Origin: a virus
Length of the DNA: 64,000 bases
IMG/VR virus record: IMGVR_UViG_3300023184_000038
Coordinates: 64,001 to 128,000 of that record
Strand: one strand, 5' to 3'
The position numbers and the translations under genes were made by a program. Position 1 is the stretch's first letter. The number at the start of each line of letters is the position of its first letter. Of the stretch, positions 56,903 to 64,000 are shown one piece after another. Below the pieces are notes generated by a model, which was not told the DNA's origin, did not search any database, and was given only the letters and a program-made list of their open reading frames with translations.

Positions 56903-57919
56903 ATGTTTAAATTATTCATTCTGGCATCATGCCTGGTGCTAGTATCATGTGCCTCTACTTCAAATTCAATTCAAAATAATGCAACACGGGTAATTGGAAA
57001 AGGAAACACATTTGAAGAGGCAAAACAAAATGCCTTTAAGGAAGCAATTGAATTTAAAGTGGGTTCACTTATATTAAGTGAAAGAGAAACATTAAATATG
57101 AAATTGGTGAAAGATGAAATATTAGTGTACAGTGCAGGATATATAGATGATTATTCCATTATTAATCAATCTACTCAAAATAATTATGTCTATGTGACTA
57201 TGGATGTATTAGTAGCAGACAGTAAGTTAAATTACCGATTGTTATCTTCTGGAATAAAAATCAAAGAAATTAACGGCGAAAAAATTCATACTCAATATAA
57301 TTCATTAATTGCTGAAAGAAAAAGTGGTGATGATATACTAGCAAGAGTATTAAATGATTATCCAAAACGAGCATTTAATATTACCCAAGGTGTGCATTAT
57401 TTTAAAATTGATTCAAATCGTAATGGTTTATTAATCATCCCATATGATATGGGATGGAATTATAATTATATTGTTTCATTAAATGAAGCCTTATCTTTAT
57501 TGTCAACTGAAAATCGCACATCTGTAACAGGTAAAGTAACTATTATGGCAAAAGACCCCAAAGATTTTATTATAGGTAAACGCACCATATATAAGTTTGA
57601 TGAACTGCATAGACTAAACCAATTAAATCAAGCCATGACATGGGAAAATACAGCACATATTCAAGTAACTATTCAAGATAGAAATTTATACCCAATATAT
57701 CAATCATGCTATGAATCACAAAGTATTAACGGAATGAAACCGTCATTTTATCATTCTGGAAATGACTTTGTAATTAAAGGAAATGAACGAGACCAAGACA
57801 ATATTATTATACCCATTGGACTCAATTCAAAATTAAATACAATACTTAAAGATAGTTATAGAATAGAATTATCACTTGTAACATATAATAATTGTATTGG
57901 TGGGATTAAAAAGAGATAA
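56903..57919 (+). CDS. lipoprotein
   Basis: lipobox LVSC; GKGNTFEEAKQNA. Confidence 0.65.
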   Translation: MFKLFILASCLVLVSCASTSNSIQNNATRVIGKGNTFEEAKQNAFKEAIEFKVGSLILSERETLNMKLVKDEILVYSAGYIDDYSIINQSTQNNYVYVTMDVLVADSKLNYRLLSSGIKIKEINGEKIHTQYNSLIAERKSGDDILARVLNDYPKRAFNITQGVHYFKIDSNRNGLLIIPYDMGWNYNYIVSLNEALSLLSTENRTSVTGKVTIMAKDPKDFIIGKRTIYKFDELHRLNQLNQAMTWENTAHIQVTIQDRNLYPIYQSCYESQSINGMKPSFYHSGNDFVIKGNERDQDNIIIPIGLNSKLNTILKDSYRIELSLVTYNNCIGGIKKR

Positions 57920-57927
57920 GTAATTAT

Positions 57928-59133
57928 ATGACCACAGAACTTAAATTAAGCCATTGCTCTTTTTGCGGTAGCCACAAAGATAAAGTAAAGAAATTAATAG
58001 TAAGTGAGGATGTTGCTATTTGTAGTGATTGTATTGACTTGTGCAATCAATTAATGATAGATGATATTACTGAAAAAATGCCCGAAATTAAATCAGAATA
58101 TCAGTATGATCCTATTACTATAAAAGAATATTTAGATGAACATATTATAGGGCAAAAAAATGCTAAAGTGGTATTAAGTGTAGCAATCGCCAATCATTAT
58201 AAACGCATACGAAGCCCTTCACCTGATTTAGAAATTCAAAAAGGAAATGTATTGTTAATTGGACCAACTGGTTCAGGTAAAACATTGTTGGCTAAAACAG
58301 TAGCAAAGTATCTTAAAGTTCCATTTGTAGTAGCCGATGCAACTAGTTTAACTGAAGCCGGATATGTTGGAGATGATGTAGAAAGTATGATTTCTATGTT
58401 GTTGAACTCTGCTGGTGGCGATGTAAAACTTGCAGAACAAGGAATTGTATTTATTGATGAAATTGATAAAATTGCTAGAAAAAGCGAAAGTACTAGTATT
58501 ACCCGAGATGTGTCCGGTGAGGGAGTGCAACAAGCATTGCTGAAAATGGTAGAAGGTACTATTTGCCGTATACCCGCAGGTGGTGGGAGAAAAGCACCAA
58601 ACGGTGATATGATTGAAGTTAATACAAAAAATATTTTATTTATAGGCGGCGGAGCGTTTGTTGGATTAAAGGAAATCATCAATAATAGATTGAATGGAAC
58701 CAGTATTGGGTTTGGTGCTGACATTAAAGATAAGCAAAAAGAAAGCGAGTTACATTTAGTATCACCTGATGATTTAACTAGTTTTGGAATGATTCCGGAA
58801 TTTATCGGTAGATTTACCACAACGGTAAGTGTGGCAAATCTAACTAAAGCCGAATTAATTAAAGTTTTAACTAGTGTAAAAAACAATTATATTGACCAAT
58901 ACAAGTATTTGTTAAGTATTGATGGTATTGAATTGAACTTTACCAATGATGCATTAGGACAATTGGCTGAAAATACGCTTAAATTGAATACAGGGGCACG
59001 AGGGTTACATACTGAAATAGAAAAGGTATTAATGCATCATATGTACAATACTAAACAATACCGCAGTGATAAAATTACTACATTAGAAATCACTCAGGAA
59101 CAGGTATTAGAACCCAAAGTAGTTAACGGTTAA
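57928..59133 (+). CDS. clpX: ATP-dependent Clp protease ATPase subunit ClpX
   Basis: CSFCG zinc finger, GPTGSGKT, FIDEIDK, RDVSGEGVQQALLK, IGF loop, TGARGL. Confidence 0.95.
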   Translation: MTTELKLSHCSFCGSHKDKVKKLIVSEDVAICSDCIDLCNQLMIDDITEKMPEIKSEYQYDPITIKEYLDEHIIGQKNAKVVLSVAIANHYKRIRSPSPDLEIQKGNVLLIGPTGSGKTLLAKTVAKYLKVPFVVADATSLTEAGYVGDDVESMISMLLNSAGGDVKLAEQGIVFIDEIDKIARKSESTSITRDVSGEGVQQALLKMVEGTICRIPAGGGRKAPNGDMIEVNTKNILFIGGGAFVGLKEIINNRLNGTSIGFGADIKDKQKESELHLVSPDDLTSFGMIPEFIGRFTTTVSVANLTKAELIKVLTSVKNNYIDQYKYLLSIDGIELNFTNDALGQLAENTLKLNTGARGLHTEIEKVLMHHMYNTKQYRSDKITTLEITQEQVLEPKVVNG

Positions 59134-59181
59134 CCAAAATAATATATTTGTTAATATTTTCCTGTTAGAATAAATACATAT

Positions 59182-59241
59182 TGTAATACGCCGATGGTCG
59201 GGTATTACATAAAATCATCTTGCTTAATAAAGGAGAAAACG
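59182..59241 (+). promoter_or_regulatory. structured 5' leader with ROSE-like TTGCT/AGGAG element
   Basis: TGTAATAC-GCCGATGGTCGG-GTATTACA hairpin, then TTGCT-N6-AGGAG. Confidence 0.55.
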
Positions 59242-61116
59242 ATGAGCAAAGTTATAGGTATCGATTTAGGTACAACAAATTCATGTGTAGCAATAATTGA
59301 AAATGGCGCTACAAAAATAATTGAAAATTCTGAAGGAAACCGTACTACACCAAGTATAGTAGCATATGCCAATGGTGAGATTTTAGTAGGAGCTTCCGCA
59401 AAAAGACAAGCGGTAACTAATCCCAAAAATACTATCTATGCTAGTAAACGACTAATTGGTCGTAAATTTAAAGAAGATGCTGTTCAAAAAGATATCAATT
59501 TAATGCCCTACAAAATTGTTGCGGCAGATAATGGTGATGCTTGGGTAGAAGTCAATGACGATAAATTGGCTCCGCCTCAAATCTCAGCAGAGGTTCTTCG
59601 TAAAATGAAAAAAACGGCTGAGGATTATTTGGGTGAAACAGTAACTCAAGCCGTTATCACTGTTCCAGCATACTTTAATGATAGTCAACGACAAGCAACT
59701 AAAGACGCAGGAAAAATTGCAGGACTAGAGGTGCTACGAATTATCAATGAACCAACTGCGGCAGCACTAGCCTACGGTATGGATAAAGAAGATAAACGTG
59801 ACCGCAAAATTGCAGTTTATGATTTAGGTGGTGGTACATTTGACGTAAGCATTATTGAAATTGCTAATGTAGATAATGATAAACAAATTGAGGTTCTCTC
59901 AACTAACGGTGATACCTTCTTAGGCGGTGAAGATTTTGACCAGCGTATTATGGATTATCTAGTAGATGAATTCAAGAAAGATACTGGGGTCGACCTGAAA
60001 AAAGATGTATTAGCATTACAACGATTAAAAGAAGCGGCTGAAAAAGCCAAAATAGAATTATCTAGTTCGGTACAAACTGATGTTAATTTGCCATATATTA
60101 CAGCAGATGCTAGTGGACCTAAGCATATGAATGTAAAACTTACTAGAAGTAAATTAGAACAACTAGTAGAAGAATTAATTCAACGCAGTATTGGTCCGTG
60201 CAAAATTGCAATGGCTGATGCAAAGGTTACCACAACTGATATTGATGAAGTTATTTTGGTTGGTGGTATGACTCGTATGCCAAAAGTACAAGAAGTTGTT
60301 GAAAAATTGTTTGGAAAAGCTCCTCGTAAAGATGTTAATCCAGATGAGGCTGTAGCCGCTGGCGCTGCTATTCAAGGTGATGTATTGGGAGGAGGAAGGA
60401 CTGATGTTTTACTATTAGATGTTACTCCGTTAAGTTTGGGCATTGAAACTATGGGCGGAATTATGTCTAAATTAATTCAAAAAAATACTACTATTCCCAC
60501 AAAGGCATCACAAACATTTTCAACTGCTGAAGATAATCAACCGGCCGTTACTGTTAAAGCATTTCAAGGAGAACGTGAGTTAGTTCAACACAATAAATTA
60601 TTGGGAGAGTTTAATTTAGAAGGTATTGCACCAGCTAGACGCGGCCAACCCCAAATTGAAATTGCGTTTGATATTGATGCTAATGGTATTATGCATGTAA
60701 GTGCTAAAGATAAAAACACCGGTAAAGAAAACAAAATCACTATTAAATCTAATAGCGGGTTAAGTGAAGCCGAGATTCAAACCATGATCAAAGATGCGGA
60801 ACTCAACGCTGAAGAAGACAAAAAACAACGTGAATTGATTGAGGCACGTAATAACGCTGAGTCATCATTACACCAAGTTAAAGAAGATATAGACAAATAC
60901 AGCGAATTGATTAGTCCTGAAGAAAAAACCAACATTGATGATACTGTGCAGGCTATTAAAGATGCTATCACGGGAACAGATGTTAAAATTATCACTGATA
61001 GTATTCCTAAATTATATGAGGCAATGAAGCCGCTTATTGCTAAAAAACATGAGGCTGAAGAAAAATCTAAAAATAAAGAAGATACTACAGTAGTTGATGC
61101 TGAAATTGTATCATAA
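59242..61116 (+). CDS. dnaK: Hsp70 chaperone DnaK
   Basis: [32 protein letters not shown]. Confidence 0.97.
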   Translation: MSKVIGIDLGTTNSCVAIIENGATKIIENSEGNRTTPSIVAYANGEILVGASAKRQAVTNPKNTIYASKRLIGRKFKEDAVQKDINLMPYKIVAADNGDAWVEVNDDKLAPPQISAEVLRKMKKTAEDYLGETVTQAVITVPAYFNDSQRQATKDAGKIAGLEVLRIINEPTAAALAYGMDKEDKRDRKIAVYDLGGGTFDVSIIEIANVDNDKQIEVLSTNGDTFLGGEDFDQRIMDYLVDEFKKDTGVDLKKDVLALQRLKEAAEKAKIELSSSVQTDVNLPYITADASGPKHMNVKLTRSKLEQLVEELIQRSIGPCKIAMADAKVTTTDIDEVILVGGMTRMPKVQEVVEKLFGKAPRKDVNPDEAVAAGAAIQGDVLGGGRTDVLLLDVTPLSLGIETMGGIMSKLIQKNTTIPTKASQTFSTAEDNQPAVTVKAFQGERELVQHNKLLGEFNLEGIAPARRGQPQIEIAFDIDANGIMHVSAKDKNTGKENKITIKSNSGLSEAEIQTMIKDAELNAEEDKKQRELIEARNNAESSLHQVKEDIDKYSELISPEEKTNIDDTVQAIKDAITGTDVKIITDSIPKLYEAMKPLIAKKHEAEEKSKNKEDTTVVDAEIVS

Positions 61117-61144
61117 TATATTGCATAATATACTATGATAAATA

Positions 61145-61202
61145 TGTGTGAGTGCCGATAGTCGGGCTCACACAGTCATATTTGCTTATAAGGAGAAATA
61201 AA
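61145..61202 (+). promoter_or_regulatory. structured 5' leader with ROSE-like TTGCT/AGGAG element
   Basis: TGTGTGAG-TGCCGATAGTCGGG-CTCACACA hairpin, then TTGCT-N4-AGGAG. Confidence 0.6.
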
Positions 61203-61664
61203 ATGACAAAAACTTTAACCCTTCGTTCCGCTGATATTCCAGCATTTCACAAATTTGGTATCGGTTTCGATAACATGTTTGACGAACTATTGCGAGTAAA
61301 TGCTCAACAATCAAACAATAATTATCCACCGTACAACATTGTGCAAATCAATGAGGACGAATTTATGATTAGTATTGCTGTTGCAGGATTCGGGCACGAT
61401 AATCTAACAGTTACTAAGGAAAAAAACTTCTTAATAATTGACGGTGCACATAGTACCGACACTGTTAATACCAACACTATTAACTATCTACATAGAGGTA
61501 TCAGTGAAAGAAATTTCCGTAGGGAATTTCAATTAGCCGATCATGTGGAAATTACTAATGCTCATTTAGAGTTAGGCATACTTAATCTTTATCTAAAACG
61601 TGAAGTTCCCGAGGCACAAAAGCCCAGGAATATACAAATTACAGTTGCCGGCCCTACGTTATAG
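61203..61664 (+). CDS. ibpA: small heat-shock protein (IbpA/Hsp20)
   Basis: YPPYNI, AVAGF, YLHRGISERNF, LELGIL. Confidence 0.9.
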   Translation: MTKTLTLRSADIPAFHKFGIGFDNMFDELLRVNAQQSNNNYPPYNIVQINEDEFMISIAVAGFGHDNLTVTKEKNFLIIDGAHSTDTVNTNTINYLHRGISERNFRREFQLADHVEITNAHLELGILNLYLKREVPEAQKPRNIQITVAGPTL

Positions 61665-61737
61665 TAGTTGGATCGTCTGTACAGTATTCAAATAAGACTA
61701 ACCAAAACTATTTGCATAATGAAATAAATACTGTATA

Positions 61738-61827
61738 ATAGCAGTGTGCAATAACTGCACATTGCTATAAATTACAACTGGTAACTAAATAGTATAATAG
61801 AGAGGAAATGTACAACATGTTGTACAT
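61738..61827 (+). promoter_or_regulatory. hairpin and perfect 20-bp palindrome upstream of clpS
   Basis: ATAGCAGTGTGCA/TGCACATTGCTAT (61738-61768); ATGTACAACATGTTGTACAT (61808-61827). Confidence 0.5.
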
Positions 61828-61846
61828 AATTTAAAAAGGGAAATAC

Positions 61847-62155
61847 ATGTCTAATATAGAAACTAAAGTAAAAATCAAACCAAATCTTGGATTGCAGGAA
61901 CCGCCCTTATTCAAAATAATTTACATTAACGATGAAGTAACTAGTATGGAATTTGTAGTAACATCCTTGATTGATTATTTTAGTTATAATACAGATACTG
62001 CTGCTGTTATAACTAAAAGCATACATGATCAGGGTAGTGCAGTTGTTGCTATTTTACCGTATGAAATAGCAGAACAAAAGGGAATAGAAGTTACATTAAA
62101 TGCTAGACAAAATGGATTTCCATTACAAATTAAAGTAGAATCTGACGCTAATTAA
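61847..62155 (+). CDS. clpS: Clp protease adaptor ClpS
   Basis: PPLFKIIYINDEVTSMEFV, IHDQGSA, EIAEQK, FPL. Confidence 0.9.
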   Translation: MSNIETKVKIKPNLGLQEPPLFKIIYINDEVTSMEFVVTSLIDYFSYNTDTAAVITKSIHDQGSAVVAILPYEIAEQKGIEVTLNARQNGFPLQIKVESDAN

Positions 62156-62850
62156 AAATTTATTTCAACTCGTTTAGCCCAATAGGGATTGCGTTTGAAA
62201 TAAGAATTATTAATATAGTTGATACCATTAAAATTGGTATCAACTATTTTTCCATAAGTACCGTATATCCAACTAACAACTTTTTTTTCAGTATCACTAC
62301 CTAATACAAGATTTAATGGTAGTTGATTTTTAATAAAGCCCGGTTCTTCACCAAAATATAGTTCAATTCCGGGCACTGAGTTAGTAACTATTATGATACG
62401 TTTAACATCAACATGTCTTTGTAATTTTTCAATTGAATTTTTTAGATAGGTTATGTCCTCATATCCTAAAAATTCAAGTTCAGCAGTAGTTTTTAAATCA
62501 GTATTGTTTGTAGTATTATACTGTCCAGTTGCTCCGATAATAGCAACCCCGTCGATTATAGCCACATTGTGGTACAATATAGCAGTTTTTGCAACATGCC
62601 GGCACATTGAAGAAAGTTTAGCAGTTCTTTCTGCCATATCTTCTACATCTTTATATTCCAATGTACCGGGAATATAGAATATACCCTGATAAAATCTACT
62701 TAAATGTACTAGAGTTTGATATATTGTTCGTAGATCGTCACTTATGTTTCCAGCCACAATACAATATAAACTAGTGGCTTTGTTTTCCCAGTTAAACGTT
62801 TCCTCTGGCAAAAGATTTAAATCACTAATTACATCAAACCCTATATTCAT
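62152..62850 (-). CDS. calcineurin-like metallophosphoesterase, degenerate
   Basis: ISDLN, AGNI, IPGTLEY, WIYGTY: fold motifs with metal-ligand His residues replaced. Confidence 0.6.
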   Translation of the reverse strand: MNIGFDVISDLNLLPEETFNWENKATSLYCIVAGNISDDLRTIYQTLVHLSRFYQGIFYIPGTLEYKDVEDMAERTAKLSSMCRHVAKTAILYHNVAIIDGVAIIGATGQYNTTNNTDLKTTAELEFLGYEDITYLKNSIEKLQRHVDVKRIIIVTNSVPGIELYFGEEPGFIKNQLPLNLVLGSDTEKKVVSWIYGTYGKIVDTNFNGINYINNSYFKRNPYWAKRVEINF

Positions 62851-62856
62851 ATAGAA

Positions 62857-63282
62857 TTATTTAGTAACTTTTTTAACCCTAGGTTGTTTGAGTGCTATAA
62901 CATTAGAGGTTGTTGTTTTAGATGTTTTTGCCGGAGTTGCTGCAACTGCCGGTTTAACCACTTTAGTTTTAGCTTTAGCAATTTTCTTCTCTGAGGAATC
63001 AACTATACCGTCTTTATTCAAGTCTAACTTTTCTACCCAAACTGCTTTTTCTTCGGAAGAAACAACCCCATCTTTATTTAAATCTCGGGTATCTTTAGTG
63101 TTTACCATTTCAGTAACAACTGGTTTAGTTTCTACAACTGCGGGAATAACGGGTTCTACTATTGGTGGTTCTATTTTATAAGGGACACTAAAATTCATAT
63201 TAGATGTTTCTTCCTTCTTTTCTCTGAAGAAAAACCACCATACTAATACTGCTACCACCAAAACTGCTACAATAATTTCCAT
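62857..63282 (-). CDS. membrane-anchored protein with two EF-hand-like loops
   Basis: N-terminal TM; DLNKDGVVSSEE and DLNKDGIVDSSE. Confidence 0.6.
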   Translation of the reverse strand: MEIIVAVLVVAVLVWWFFFREKKEETSNMNFSVPYKIEPPIVEPVIPAVVETKPVVTEMVNTKDTRDLNKDGVVSSEEKAVWVEKLDLNKDGIVDSSEKKIAKAKTKVVKPAVAATPAKTSKTTTSNVIALKQPRVKKVTK

Positions 63283-63359
63283 TTTTAATCTCCTAAACAT
63301 CTATTTAATATCGGGAAAAAGATTGTATTTTTTTTAATTTATGTGAGCATAAATAGAGT

Positions 63360-64000
63360 ATGCGTGATATACTTAATATTTTAGAAACACTAGTTACCGA
63401 GGGGTCTATTTTATCTGCCGGTGAAATTGCCAAATACCCTGCACGGTTTAATAAATTTATACAAAATATAACAGATGGTAGACCTTTTTATACCACTGAC
63501 GGGGAAGAAGTCATAATCAATCCAAATGAAGCTACTAGATTTTTAGAGTTACATAATGACCCAGATGGGTCTAAATTTAAGGGCGCTCTTAAGGCAATAG
63601 TAGATGATGGTAGAGAATTGCCTCTTAGTAAATTTGTAAAAACTAAAGAATTTGGGGGTGAGGGTTTAACTGGCCAAGCCGGAGAAATTGCAGGCAAAGA
63701 ATCTGCACAATTAAAACCAAAACAAATAGGCATTACCGGACAAAATATTCCGTCGTATGAATTCGGAAACATGATTGTAAATAATACCATATTACAAAGT
63801 ACTCCGCAAGGACAGGCTGTTATTCAAATGGCATATAGTATTATGGCTGATGAAGATCCAGTAATACCCGAAGAATTTAGAACAAAAGATAATGTCAAAA
63901 TTCTTAAAGCAATAGTTGATTATGCAGGCGAGTATTTGGGAGTATTAGCATTGTTGTATAATAAAACTCGTTTTCCTAAAAAGCAAGACTTTTTAACTTG
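63360..64000 (+). CDS. partial hypothetical protein (runs off the window)
   Basis: CATAAATA upstream; MRDILNILETLVTE leader; frame appears open to the end. Confidence 0.55.
   Translation, partial: MRDILNILETLVTEGSILSAGEIAKYPARFNKFIQNITDGRPFYTTDGEEVIINPNEATRFLELHNDPDGSKFKGALKAIVDDGRELPLSKFVKTKEFGGEGLTGQAGEIAGKESAQLKPKQIGITGQNIPSYEFGNMIVNNTILQSTPQGQAVIQMAYSIMADEDPVIPEEFRTKDNVKILKAIVDYAGEYLGVLALLYNKTRFPKKQDFLT

Noticed and set aside
58236-58886. Long antisense ORFs (this one, 2608-3033, 4684-5139, 45977-46438, 63488-63790 and others)
   Set aside because: They are shadows of well-supported genes on the opposite strand, with no SD or motifs.
1-64000. Stop-codon reassignment
   Set aside because: Core genes (polB, ligase, dnaK, clpX) are full length in code 11, and TAA, TGA and TAG all end genes at sensible positions.
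1-64000. tRNA, rRNA, integrase or transposase genes
   Set aside because: No cloverleaf with T-loop consensus and no recombinase or transposase motifs were recognised by eye. A tRNAscan and HMM search would be needed to exclude them formally.

Overview
A 64-kb AT-rich segment of a large, probably jumbo, lytic dsDNA myophage with T4-like features. It reads cleanly in genetic code 11. Some small proteins hint at a proteobacterial, possibly betaproteobacterial, host (inference). Layout: (i) ~0.8-14.8 kb and 30.3-35.7 kb are late-type genes for modular proteins that begin with T4-internal-protein-like leaders (MRAxEFIxE / MKIxE) and carry enzyme modules (nucleotidyltransferase, kinase-like, ParB-like, GNAT, papain-like, LysM/SleB, gp88-like). 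Many module junctions contain a nucleotide-conserved in-frame repeat, CAAGGTGTGGCGGAAGG (QGVAEG). (ii) 14.9-18.7 kb is the replication core (DNA-binding protein, family B polymerase, clamp). (iii) 19-30.3 kb is a 7-deazaguanine DNA-modification cluster (DpdA/TGT-fold, FolE, QueD, QueD-like, QueE; no QueC seen) interleaved with glycosyltransferases, cytidylyltransferases, NagB and a GalE-like epimerase, with a preQ1-I-like leader before queD. (iv) UvsE, a 5'-3' exonuclease, many small genes, a repeat-flanked radical SAM gene and an array of sigma70-promoter gene cassettes. (v) DNA ligase, lipoproteins and a ClpX-DnaK-Hsp20-ClpS block with paralogous ROSE-like leaders. No tRNA, rRNA, CRISPR array or integrase was recognised. 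All functional calls come from motif recognition by eye; no database searches were run.
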